Of a DNA stretch of 64,000 bases, positions 18,558 through 28,041 are shown piece after piece (position 1 is the stretch's first letter; each line of letters starts with the position of its first letter). The notes under the pieces are model-generated. The model was given only the letters and a program-made list of their open reading frames with translations, was not told the origin of the DNA and searched no databases. Source of the stretch: Actinomycetota bacterium. Lineage in GTDB: Bacteria; Actinomycetota; Geothermincolia; Fen-727; Anoxymicrobiaceae. The stretch lies in contig JAHJCO010000041.1 in NCBI GenBank assembly GCA_018831265.1, positions 33,700 to 97,699 on the forward strand, given 5' to 3'. A program made the position numbers and the translations under genes.

Positions 18558-20831
18558 ATGAGGACGAGCAGATTCGTACTGATAGGCGTTACTGTCTGCG
18601 CACTGGCGATGCCCGCGAGCGCGGCGGCGGTCGCCCAGCCCGTGATCCAGGGGTGGGTCGAACAGGTCTCCGGGGTTACGCACAGGCTGCAGTCCGTCGG
18701 CGCGGTCAGCCAGGATGTGGCATGGGCGGTGGGCACCAACGATACCATCCTCAAGACGACGGACGGCTCGACCTGGCAGGCGCAGGCCTCCGGGACCACC
18801 GGTGAGGACTTCGCCTGCGTCGACGCCCTGGACGCCAGCAACGCCTGGATCGTGGGCGATGGGGGCACGGTGCTGCGCACCACCAACGGGACCGCCTGGA
18901 ACCCGCCGCCGGCGCCGGTGCCGACGGGCACCAAGAACCTGAGGGGCGTGAAGATGCTCAGCGCCACCACGGTCTGGATAGTGGGCTACGACGGGACCAT
19001 CCTGAAGACGACCGACGGCGGTACCGTCTGGGACAACCAGAGTGTAGCGGGAAAGAGCCTGTGGAGCATAGATGCCACCGACTCGAACCACGCCTTCGCG
19101 GTCGGAGACGAGGGCAGGGTCGTCAGGACCATCAACGGCGGGGGCACCTGGTACGAGCGCGACCCGGGGACGACGAGTAAGCTGCGGGGAGTGGTGATGA
19201 CCGACTCCAACACCGCCTGGGCGGTCGGGTACAACGGGACCATCGTGAAGACCACCAACAGCGGGACCAACTGGACGACGCAGCCCAGCCCGACCGACGA
19301 CATCCTCTTCGACATAAGCGCGGCGGGCTCGAACACGGCATGGACGGTCGGGTACAACGATTTCAGCAGCCTGGGCGGGTTCATACTCCAGACGGGGAAC
19401 GGGGGAAACGGCTGGTTCAAGCAGCCCGCCCCCCCGGTCGGCGACCTGTACGGCGTGTCCGCCGTGGACGCCAACACCGCCTGGGCGGTGGGGGCCGGCG
19501 GAACGATCCTAAAGACCGAGAACGGGGGCGAGTCACTGACCACCTGGTACCTGGCGGAGGGATCCTCCGACTGGGGCTTCGAGACCTTCATCGCCATCGA
19601 GAACCCCAACACGGTGCCGGTCACCGCGGAGGTGACCTACCAGACCAGGGACGGCGAGCAGACACGCCCGGACCTGCCGCTCGCCGCGCAGTCCCAGGTG
19701 GTCATCGATCCCAGGGGCGACGTGGGTGCGACCGACTTTTCGACCAGGGTCGAGTGTAAGGAAGGCTATACCATCGCGGTGGACAGGCGCATGATGTGGA
19801 CCGGCCCTGGCGCCGGCTGCCAGGAGTCCCACAGCTCGGTGGGGGTGACCGCCCCCGACACGACCTGGTTCCTCCCCGAGGGTTCCTCCAAGTGGGGTTT
19901 CGAGTGCTGGCTCCTCGTTCAGAACCCCAACGGCGCCCAGGCGAACTGCGAGGTCACCTACATGATAGAAGGCGAAGGGCCTCAGGTGATCGCGCATACT
20001 GTACCGGCGAACTCGAGGGCTTCTTTCGACATGTCACAGGACATCGGCGCGAAGGACGCCTCGATCCGCGTGGACTCGGACCTGCCGGTGATCCCCGAGA
20101 GGGCGATGTACCGGTACAACCGGCGCGAGGGCCACGAATCCATCGGGACCATCAACCCTTCGATGGACTACTACCTGGCCGAGGGGTGCACTTCCTACGG
20201 TTTCACGTCCTTCATCCTGGTGCAGAACCCCCAGGCGACGGCCACCGATGTCACTGTGACGTACATGACCGGCGCGGGGCCCGTGGACATGCCCGTCTTC
20301 AGGATGGAGCCCAACACCAGGCGGACCATAAACGTGAACGCCGAGGCGGTGCTCCCCGATCCCAACTTCTCGACCCGGGTCCACGGCACGCAGCCCATAA
20401 TCGCCGAGCGGGCCATGTACTGGGACCGCGGGTACGGCGAGGCCTGTCACGACTCAATAGGCATGCCCGCCCCGGACTACGTGTTCTACCTGCCGGACGG
20501 GGATTCCAGCCCACAGTTCGAGACCTGGACGCTCATCCAGAACCCGAACCCCGTGGATGCCCAGGTGATCGTCTCGTACTTCAGGCCCAACGGGCAGGGA
20601 AACGTGACGAAGATGGAGACGATCCCCGCCAACAGCCGGAGGACCTACGAGATGGGAGCGCACTCGGGTGCCGCCGGCCGCGCGGCGGTGATGGTCAGCA
20701 GCGACCCCGAAGCGGGCCGCCCGGTGATGGTCGAGCGCTCCATGTACTGGCCCAGGGAGAGCGTGAACCCCTCGCTGTGCAGGGGCGCCGGCACGGACAC
20801 GATCGGCGGTTCTTCGAGCTTCCAACCGTAG
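18558..20831 (+). CDS. Secreted Ycf48-like (BNR) beta-propeller protein plus four WYxAEG repeats
   Basis: Signal peptide; repeated AWAVG..GTILKTT.GG.W; four C-terminal repeats from ~19539. Confidence 0.85.
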   Translation: MRTSRFVLIGVTVCALAMPASAAAVAQPVIQGWVEQVSGVTHRLQSVGAVSQDVAWAVGTNDTILKTTDGSTWQAQASGTTGEDFACVDALDASNAWIVGDGGTVLRTTNGTAWNPPPAPVPTGTKNLRGVKMLSATTVWIVGYDGTILKTTDGGTVWDNQSVAGKSLWSIDATDSNHAFAVGDEGRVVRTINGGGTWYERDPGTTSKLRGVVMTDSNTAWAVGYNGTIVKTTNSGTNWTTQPSPTDDILFDISAAGSNTAWTVGYNDFSSLGGFILQTGNGGNGWFKQPAPPVGDLYGVSAVDANTAWAVGAGGTILKTENGGESLTTWYLAEGSSDWGFETFIAIENPNTVPVTAEVTYQTRDGEQTRPDLPLAAQSQVVIDPRGDVGATDFSTRVECKEGYTIAVDRRMMWTGPGAGCQESHSSVGVTAPDTTWFLPEGSSKWGFECWLLVQNPNGAQANCEVTYMIEGEGPQVIAHTVPANSRASFDMSQDIGAKDASIRVDSDLPVIPERAMYRYNRREGHESIGTINPSMDYYLAEGCTSYGFTSFILVQNPQATATDVTVTYMTGAGPVDMPVFRMEPNTRRTINVNAEAVLPDPNFSTRVHGTQPIIAERAMYWDRGYGEACHDSIGMPAPDYVFYLPDGDSSPQFETWTLIQNPNPVDAQVIVSYFRPNGQGNVTKMETIPANSRRTYEMGAHSGAAGRAAVMVSSDPEAGRPVMVERSMYWPRESVNPSLCRGAGTDTIGGSSSFQP

Positions 20832-20845
20832 CGCCGGCATCCTGC

Positions 20846-20948
20846 CGACTAAGATCGGGGTCAGGCACGATTCAAGTCACAAGCTGATTGAGCCCGGCCT
20901 CTCAGGCCGGGATCTGACTCAGTTTGGGGTCAGGCACCATTCAATTCA
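20846..20948. repeat. Two 34-bp GGGGTCAGGC elements flanking a TTGAGCCCGGCCTCTCAGGCCGGG hairpin
   Basis: Elements at 20846-20879 and 20915-20948. The hairpin motif recurs near 23721 and 42755. Confidence 0.8.
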
Positions 20949-21030
20949 CTCGTAAAGAATCGGGCACCGGGGTCGTCTACCGGTTAAAGGACGCACCAGC
21001 TCGAACCGAATAACTGGTAGAGGGCCGAAA

Positions 21031-23712
21031 ATGAAGGCTGGAACAGTGGCGGTGGCGCGGATAGCGCTCCTCTTCGTCGTCCTGGCGGTGATGGGGACGG
21101 TGCCCGCGCGCGCGGCAGGCAGTACGGGCGGGGATGCGCAGACCTACTACGTGTCCCCGTCCGGCCTCGACTCCAATCCGGGGACGCTCGACAAGCCCTT
21201 CAAGACACCTGGTTACGCCTCAAAGCAGATCCAGGCGGGCGATACCCTCATCATCCAGGGCGGCCGGTACGTGCTCTCCACCTTCTACGACGACATGATC
21301 ACCCCCCCGACCGGGACCGCTACCGCGCCGATAATCATCAAGGGGGAGGAAGGAAACCGCCCCGTGCTCGCCGGGCGCGACAACCTCTTCTCGGCGGTGG
21401 ATATCGGGGGGACCAGCTACATAACCATCGAGAACCTGGAGATAACCTCCGACAACGGGGCGCTGTTCCGGGGAGGTATCGCCGGGTCGAGCGGGCCGGT
21501 CGATCACCTGACGCTGAAAGATCTCTATATCCACCATATAGACGAGGGAGCGATGGACTTCGCGGACCTCTCGGCCGCGATCATCCAGGGCTGCGTGATG
21601 TCGTACTGCGGGTTCGGCTGCCTGGGCGGGCCCGTGGGCCAGCAGGGGGGATGGCGCGACGTCACCGTGCGCGGCTGCACTCTCTCCTACTCGGGGCACT
21701 ACTACCAGGGCGGCCCGGGGCCGAGCCCCTACGACCGGCCGGACGGGTTCGGGGTCGAGCCCTCCGAGGGGCCCATTGAGATCGTGGACACGGTCGCCGA
21801 GCACAACAGGGGCGACGGGCTGGACTCCAAGTGCAGGAACACCCATATCCACGAGTGCGTGGTCGCGAACAACTCCTGCGACGGGGTGAAGCTCTGGGGC
21901 GACGGCAGCCGGGTCGAGAACACGCTCGTCTACGGCACGGGCGACGGAGTGGGCGGCGCCTCTCCCTGGGCGGGGCTGGTCATCGGCACCGAGCAGGAGG
22001 GCGCGGACTTCGAGATAGTGAACTGCGCCATTGCCGACAACCCCGAGCGGGAGGCGTACCCGATGTACGTCGAGTACGGGGGGGCGGCCAACATCAGCGT
22101 CCTGTTCCGCAACAACATCGTCGCCGACGGCTACGGGGCGCCGTACTTCGCGCCCGAGGCCGACCTCACGCTCGACCACTGCATCCTCTACAGCCCGGAC
22201 CACCCCGACAACTCGCTGGAGGCGAACGGGAAGACCTACAGCGCCGACGAGCTGGAGGCCGGGGCGGTCGGGGAGGGAGTCCTGTGCGACGACCCGAAGT
22301 TCCTGCAGCCTGCCTGGGGCTCGGCCGGTGATTACCACCTGGAGGCGGGAAGCCCGGCAATCGACTCCGGGTCGTCGGACGGCGCTCCGGCCATCGACCT
22401 GGACGGTGCGGCCCGACCGTTCGGCGCGGGGTACGACATCGGCCCCTACGAGTACGGGGCTTTGAGGCCGGTCACGGGAGAGAGGACCTGGGGGACCGGC
22501 GCTCCGGGGGTCACGCAGCCCGGGGTCACCTGGTACCTGGCCGAGGGCTGCACCGCCGGAGGGTTCGAGACCTGGGTCCTGGTGCAGAATCCGAATAGCA
22601 CGCCCGCAACCGTGGACATCACCTACATGACCGGGGAGGGGGAGAAGCCCGGGCCCCGCGTCACCCTCCCGCCGGACTCGAGGGCGACGGTGAACGCGGC
22701 CGACACGGTGGGACAGGCCTGGGAGGTCTCGGCGAAGGCGTCCTCCAACGTACCGGTGGTTGTGGAGCGCGCCATGTACTGGGGCGGCCGGACCGGGGCC
22801 CACGGCTCGACGGGGGTGAGCGGGCCGGCAACGGACTGGTACCTGGCCGAGGGCTGTACCGCCGGCGGCTTCGAGACCTGGGTGCTCCTGCAGAACCCCG
22901 GAAGCGTCGAAGCCAACGCACAGCTCACTTTCATGACGGATACCGGACAGGTAACGGGCCCTTTAGTGGTATTGCCCCCGGGCACGCGCCGGACGGTGAA
23001 CGTCGCGGAGACGGTGGGCGAGGCCTGGAACGTTTCCACCGGGGTTGACTCCGATGAGCCGGTCGTCGCCGAGCGGGCGATGTACTGGAACGGGCGCGCG
23101 GGCGGCCACGACTCGGTGGGGGTGACGGCGGCCTCGAAGACCTGGTACCTCGCCGAGGGCTCCACCGGGGGCACGTTCGAGACCTGGCTTCTGCTGCAGA
23201 ACCCGGGAGACGTGCAGGCAAACGCGCAGGTGACCTTCATGACGGACGCCGGGCCGGTCACCGGCCCTTCGGTGGGGTTGCCCCCGGGCACGCGCCGGAC
23301 GGTCAACGTCGCGGAGACGGTGGGGGCGCAGTGGAGCGTATCCACCGAGGTGTCGTCAGACCAGCAGGTCGTCGCGGAGCGGGCGGTCTACTGGGACGGG
23401 CGGCGTGAGGGCCACGACTCGGCCGGGGTAACCTCGCGAGGCAAGACCTGGTATGTAGCCGAGGGCTGCACGGGCCAGGGTTTTCAGACCTGGATACTGG
23501 TACAGAACCCGGGCACGCAGAACGCCACGGTGAGCCTGGAGTACATGACGGGTAGCCGACAGGTGACCGGTCCCACGCTCATCCTCGGCCCCCGGACTCG
23601 CCGCACGGTGAACGTCGCCGACACCTGCCCTGGCGAATGGAGCGTCTCCACGAAGGTCACCTCCAGCCACGACATCACCGTCGAACGCGCCGTGTACGGC
23701 GTATCCCCTTGA
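21031..23712 (+). CDS. Secreted right-handed beta-helix (pectin-lyase fold) protein plus four WYxAEG repeats
   Basis: YYVSPSG.DSNPGT..KPFKT N-terminus, beta-helix repeats, DYHL..GSPAIDSG…DLDG..RP.G..YDIG.YEY, then four repeats. Confidence 0.85.
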   Translation: MKAGTVAVARIALLFVVLAVMGTVPARAAGSTGGDAQTYYVSPSGLDSNPGTLDKPFKTPGYASKQIQAGDTLIIQGGRYVLSTFYDDMITPPTGTATAPIIIKGEEGNRPVLAGRDNLFSAVDIGGTSYITIENLEITSDNGALFRGGIAGSSGPVDHLTLKDLYIHHIDEGAMDFADLSAAIIQGCVMSYCGFGCLGGPVGQQGGWRDVTVRGCTLSYSGHYYQGGPGPSPYDRPDGFGVEPSEGPIEIVDTVAEHNRGDGLDSKCRNTHIHECVVANNSCDGVKLWGDGSRVENTLVYGTGDGVGGASPWAGLVIGTEQEGADFEIVNCAIADNPEREAYPMYVEYGGAANISVLFRNNIVADGYGAPYFAPEADLTLDHCILYSPDHPDNSLEANGKTYSADELEAGAVGEGVLCDDPKFLQPAWGSAGDYHLEAGSPAIDSGSSDGAPAIDLDGAARPFGAGYDIGPYEYGALRPVTGERTWGTGAPGVTQPGVTWYLAEGCTAGGFETWVLVQNPNSTPATVDITYMTGEGEKPGPRVTLPPDSRATVNAADTVGQAWEVSAKASSNVPVVVERAMYWGGRTGAHGSTGVSGPATDWYLAEGCTAGGFETWVLLQNPGSVEANAQLTFMTDTGQVTGPLVVLPPGTRRTVNVAETVGEAWNVSTGVDSDEPVVAERAMYWNGRAGGHDSVGVTAASKTWYLAEGSTGGTFETWLLLQNPGDVQANAQVTFMTDAGPVTGPSVGLPPGTRRTVNVAETVGAQWSVSTEVSSDQQVVAERAVYWDGRREGHDSAGVTSRGKTWYVAEGCTGQGFQTWILVQNPGTQNATVSLEYMTGSRQVTGPTLILGPRTRRTVNVADTCPGEWSVSTKVTSSHDITVERAVYGVSP

Positions 23713-23758
23713 GCCCATGCTTGAGCCCGGGCTCTAAGCCCGGGATTCATTCGGGGAT

Positions 23759-23886
23759 TGGGCGCGGACTTCAGTCCGCTGACGGATCGCCTACCGGGAC
23801 TGAAGTCCCGGCCCAACCTCACTGCTGATTGGGAGCGGACTTCAGTCCGCTGACGGATCGGGCTTGGGCGCGGACTTCAGTCCGCG
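23759..23886. repeat. REP/BIME-like cluster of four GGACTTCAGTCC palindromes
   Basis: Same units and CCTCACTG(CTG)ATTGGG linker as at 3051-3168. Confidence 0.85.
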
Positions 23887-23928
23887 AATAATGGTCCGAT
23901 TCGAACAGGACTTAATCCCTGGCTCGGA

Positions 23929-24855
23929 TCAGTCCCACGCCTCGGGCATCACGGTCGGCCTGCCGTCTCTAACCTCGTGGTACGGCTGGCGCATGCCTTT
24001 CTCCAGCCTCTCCAGGCTCTCGACCCGCTCCTGCACGCCTGCCATCGAGGGCGGCACGAACATCATCACAGGTCGTACTCTGAACGGCGTCACCCTTTTC
24101 TTTTTCACCAACCACGAGACCTGGACAATCGCCTCTATGAGCGCACGTGGGTTCCCGGTGACCCTAGCGGCCAGGGTATCGGCGAGGACCCCCGGACGAT
24201 TCATGTACTCGTTGGCACCGAGCGCGAACCTGTGCCTGATCTCGTCGGAGAGCACCGGACCCCCCTCCACGGAGCCGCGCCTCTGCAGGGGGACGGCCGG
24301 TTTGGGCATGAGGATCAGCCTGGCGAGGATCGCCGCCATCACCGCCTCGACCTGCTGGTCGGATAGGTCCTGCTCCAGGAGCGTCGGGGTCACCGCCAGG
24401 CCGCGGCCCCCGGGTAGCACGTACGCGTTGGGCGACGGCAGGTCCATCACCTCCATGGGCGGGGCCTGTATCCCAAGCCCGATGCAGACCGCGTCGAGTG
24501 CCTCCCTGAATACGTGGCACCTTCTCGTGTTGTATGCCCTGGCGCGCCGACGCCCCCTTGCCGTGAAGCGTGATGCGTTGAGCTGTCGCCGGAGCATTAC
24601 TGCCAGCGCGAATCCACCTGCCACAGCCAGCGCTATCCCCAGGATGAGCCGGGCAACCCCTGCGGCGGCAGAGGGTTGCGGACCGACACGACTAACCGAC
24701 CCGAATGTGGAGATGAGCATCAGGATGCCCGCGACGGAAAGTATGAGGCTGAAGATCACGAGGATGTACCGGGCTCCATCCTTCGCCGGGTCGGCCGCGG
24801 CCCCCCGTGGCAATGGCTCGGCGGGCGGACGAGACCCGGTCGGATGCTCAGTCAC
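23929..24855 (-). CDS. M48/HtpX-like homologue lacking HExxH, with two N-terminal TM helices
   Basis: P.PNA.V…LAVT..LL…L…VEAVMA, ADTLAAR.T.NP.AL..AI, ER.E.L. Confidence 0.75.
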   Translation of the reverse strand: MTEHPTGSRPPAEPLPRGAAADPAKDGARYILVIFSLILSVAGILMLISTFGSVSRVGPQPSAAAGVARLILGIALAVAGGFALAVMLRRQLNASRFTARGRRRARAYNTRRCHVFREALDAVCIGLGIQAPPMEVMDLPSPNAYVLPGGRGLAVTPTLLEQDLSDQQVEAVMAAILARLILMPKPAVPLQRRGSVEGGPVLSDEIRHRFALGANEYMNRPGVLADTLAARVTGNPRALIEAIVQVSWLVKKKRVTPFRVRPVMMFVPPSMAGVQERVESLERLEKGMRQPYHEVRDGRPTVMPEAWD

Positions 24856-24859
24856 GCAG

Positions 24860-25519
24860 TCACTCCCAGTACTCGGGTGTCAGGGAAGGCTTGCCCTCCC
24901 TGACCTCGTGGTGAGGCTCACGCACGCCTCTCTCCAGTCGCTCCAGGTTCTCGATCCTCTCCCGGATGCCGGCAAGCGAGAATGGAACGAACATCATCGG
25001 CGGCGATAGTCCAAAGGGGATCGTAACCCTGTACTCGCCCAGGATCACCGAGATTCTATTGATCGCCGAAATCAAGGCAAGCGGCTGACTGGTGATTCTT
25101 GCCGCCAGGGTGTCGGCGACGATGTCGGTCCGCTCCGAGTAGGGCCAATCGTGAAGGTCGTACTTCTTCCTGACCTCCGTGGGTGTCATTGAGTCGCTGT
25201 CAGGTGAACCTCGCGGCCTCAGCGGGTTCTTCCTGTCGGCTTCGAGGACGATCTTAGCCACCCCATCAGCCATGACCGCTTCCACCTCCAGATGCGAAAG
25301 GTCCTGCATGAGGAGCAGGGGTGTCACGGCAAGGCCTGCTCCGCGAGGCATCACGAAAGAGTTTGGAGCCGCGAGGTCTGCGACTACGAGAGGCGGGGTC
25401 TCTATACCGACCCCGATGCTCACACCGTCTAGGGCATCCCTGAAGACGTGATATCGACTTCGATCATAATCATCCGAGGACCTCAGGAACCGCCTTCCAC
25501 CCGTAAGGATTCGTTTCAC
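24860..25519 (-). CDS. M48/HtpX-like homologue lacking HExxH (paralogue of the next gene, no TM helices)
   Basis: Collinear similarity with 23929-24855. The GTG start overlaps the E1-beta stop. Confidence 0.7.
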   Translation of the reverse strand: MKRILTGGRRFLRSSDDYDRSRYHVFRDALDGVSIGVGIETPPLVVADLAAPNSFVMPRGAGLAVTPLLLMQDLSHLEVEAVMADGVAKIVLEADRKNPLRPRGSPDSDSMTPTEVRKKYDLHDWPYSERTDIVADTLAARITSQPLALISAINRISVILGEYRVTIPFGLSPPMMFVPFSLAGIRERIENLERLERGVREPHHEVREGKPSLTPEYWE

Positions 25520-26523
25520 AAGATATCCCGGGCGGCTTCCAGGATGCGGGCGACGCTGGGGAGGGCCTCGTCCTCCAGGCGGCGGGCGTAGGGGATGGTG
25601 CCCTCGGTGCAGATCCGGGCGAAGCGGGCGTCCGTGCCTGACTCGGCGATTACGGCGGCGACCTCGCCAGAGAGGCCGAAAGCGCGGTAGTCCTCGTCAA
25701 CGACGACTACGCGGCGGCAGCGGCGCGCCGCCTCTGAGATCACGTCGGTGTCGAGCGGCCGGACGGAGCGCAGGTCTAGGACCGTGGACCGCACCCCTTC
25801 GGAGCCCAGGGCCGCGGCGGCCTCCAGGCAGCGGTGGACGCTCAGGCCGAGCGATATGAAGGCGATGTCGGAGCCGTTCCTGAGTGTCGCGGCCACGCCG
25901 AGTGGGACGGGCTGGACAGGCAGCGGGACGTCTCCATTGGCGCCGGCCGCCGGGACGTCGAACTCCACTCCTTCACGGTTTCCTATGCCCATGTAGTCGA
26001 GCCAGTAGTCGGCCAGCATCTTGTGCTCCAGGTAGACCACCGGACCATCTTCCTGAACTGCGGCGAGCATCAATCCTGCTGCATCCGCCGGGTTGGACGG
26101 CACGACCACGGAAAGCCCCGGGACACCCGCGAGCATCCTTCAGAGGCTCTGCTCGTGCTGTCCTCCGTCGCCGTACCCCGCGCCGCACGAGGAGCGCACC
26201 ACCATGGGGACCTTGAACCCGCCACCCGAGAACGTCTCTATCTTGGCCGCCTGGTTCAGCAGCGCGTCGAAGCACACCCCGATGAAGTCCACCAGCATTA
26301 TCTCGACGACCGGCCGCAGGCCCATCATCGCCGCGCCGACAGCGGTGCCCAGGAAGGCGGACTCGCTGATGGGGGTGTTTCGCACCCGCTTGCCGCCGAA
26401 CCGGACCAGCAGGTCGTTTCGCAGCAGTTCGACGTCCTCGCCGAATACGATGACCGTCTCGTCGGCCTCCATCGCGGCCGCGAGCCCGGCTGAGATCGCC
26501 TCGGCGAATGTCATTTCAGGCAT
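25516..26523 (-). pseudogene. pdhB: Pyruvate/acetoin dehydrogenase E1 beta subunit interrupted by an in-frame TGA (26140-26142)
   Basis: GEDV, TPISE, GLRPVVE, QHEQSL*RMLAGVPGL.VV.PS.P.DA, then DLRS..PLD and the C-terminal domain in the same frame. Confidence 0.85.
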
Positions 26524-27538
26524 CGGGCCACGCTCCCAGCGCCTCCAGGGCGTTCGCGACCGCCTCGTTGACCTCCGAGCGCGCCTGCTCCTCGAGCTTC
26601 ACCCTGGCCTCGACCTCCAACTGCCTGCCGGCAAGGTCCACCGGGTCGCGCCTGGTGTAGGTATCGATTCCGAGCCCGGCCAGGGTCGCGCCGATACCGC
26701 CGAGGCTCGCGGCACGAGTGGTCCAGCCTGCGCCCGGCTGCTTGACGGCCGCGCCGAGCAGAGGCTCGCTCATCTGCTTCATCTGCCCCACCGGGTCCTC
26801 GTAGATGCGAAGGACGGGGTCGCCCAGGAAGTGGCCGTCCAGGTGCACGCAACGGGCGTGGATGAAGAAAGGTCCCTCCCCGGCACGCGCGCGGGCGACC
26901 GGCCCCTCCGAGGCGCCCCAGACCTTCTCTACCCTCAGACCGTTCACCTTGACACCTGGAACCCCCAGCGAACGGGCCCGGTCCGCCAGGTTGCCCGCCG
27001 TCACCGAGCCCGAGCGGGTGGTTATCGACCAGCGGTTGTCCTTGCAGACAACGATTAGCGGAAGCTTCCAGACCGCGGCCAGGTTGAGTGCCTCCATGGC
27101 CATACCCTGGTTCATCGCGCCCTCACCGAGGAACGCGACGGCCACCTTGCCGGGACGAAGGTGCTGGGCCGCCAGCGCGAACCCCGCGCCGAGCGGGACG
27201 GACGAGCCCACTATCCCGGATGATGCGGCCAGGCGCGCCGGGCAGAACAGGTGCATGTGGCCGCCCATGCCGCCGCAGAGGCCCTTCGAGTCGCCAAGTA
27301 GCTCGAGGACGATACGGGTCATGTCCACGTTGCGCCCCACGAACGCGGGCGTAGAGCGGTGGTCTAGGGAGACGGAGTCGCCGTCGGTGAGGTGGTCGAG
27401 GACCCCGGCGATGACCGCCTCCTCGCCGGTGCCCAGGTGCATCTCTCCGGATATCAGCCCGCGCCGCCACAGGCTGGCTATCGCCAGCTCGAAGGCGCGC
27501 ATGCGGGCCATCTGGAAGTAGAGCTGCTCGAGGTCCAT
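26516..27538 (-). CDS. pdhA: TPP-dependent dehydrogenase E1 alpha subunit
   Basis: R.FE…G.MHL..GEEA, G.GG.MH, GIVG and the TPP motif GEGAMNQG…NN-like DN. Start at ATG 27538. Confidence 0.9.
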   Translation of the reverse strand: MDLEQLYFQMARMRAFELAIASLWRRGLISGEMHLGTGEEAVIAGVLDHLTDGDSVSLDHRSTPAFVGRNVDMTRIVLELLGDSKGLCGGMGGHMHLFCPARLAASSGIVGSSVPLGAGFALAAQHLRPGKVAVAFLGEGAMNQGMAMEALNLAAVWKLPLIVVCKDNRWSITTRSGSVTAGNLADRARSLGVPGVKVNGLRVEKVWGASEGPVARARAGEGPFFIHARCVHLDGHFLGDPVLRIYEDPVGQMKQMSEPLLGAAVKQPGAGWTTRAASLGGIGATLAGLGIDTYTRRDPVDLAGRQLEVEARVKLEEQARSEVNEAVANALEALGAWPDA

Positions 27539-27563
27539 AACGGTACTATACGGCGCGAGAGGG

Positions 27564-27640
27564 TGACTGGGATAGGGGTCAGGCGGGAGTCTATTCATAG
27601 ACTCCGTGATTCGACTCCCGCCTGACCCCGGTTTGAGTCG
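27564..27640. repeat. Inverted pair of 34-bp GGGGTCAGGC elements
   Basis: 27564-27597 (+) and 27607-27640 (-). Confidence 0.85.
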
Positions 27641-27678
27641 GACGAACGGATCATGCCCGAACCGTCGGCGTCTACGGG

Positions 27679-27900
27679 CTACTGCGCCGCTCCCATCTCG
27701 CAGTAGAAGGAGTCTCCCAGGCTGAACTCGCTGTATATCGGACAGGTCGCGCATACACAGCTGACCTTCTCGAACTCACAGGTCGCCTTGCCCTTGGCAC
27801 AGAAGAACCCTTCCATCTTCTCCTTCATGCACTGGTTGTGGGTCGGACACGTCATGCAGATGCACTTCATCATGTTTTCCTGGGTGTCAGGTACGGGCAT
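27679..27900 (-). CDS. Small Cys-rich protein, DUF2769-like
   Basis: CICxxCP…C…FC..GK..C…CxCxxCP.Y…YC..G, with a GGAGG RBS. Confidence 0.75.
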   Translation of the reverse strand: MPVPDTQENMMKCICMTCPTHNQCMKEKMEGFFCAKGKATCEFEKVSCVCATCPIYSEFSLGDSFYCEMGAAQ

Positions 27901-28041
27901 GTGTCACCTCCGTTAACGGGCTTCCAGGGTAAGGAAGCGGGTAACACTAGACTACGTCCGAAGCGTCATGATTCCTGCGCGCCGGCCTCAGGTTCGATCC
28001 ACCGAGATTGTGAATTGAATCGTGCCTGACCCCGGTTTTAG

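Noticed and set aside
18558..20831. Photosystem II assembly factor, implying photosynthesis
   Set aside because: Ycf48-like BNR propellers are generic in secreted proteins, and there are no photosynthesis genes.
26140..26142. Alternative genetic code (TGA=Trp/Gly)
   Set aside because: Many genes here end properly at TGA, often with ATGA/GTGA coupling, and Trp is encoded by TGG throughout.
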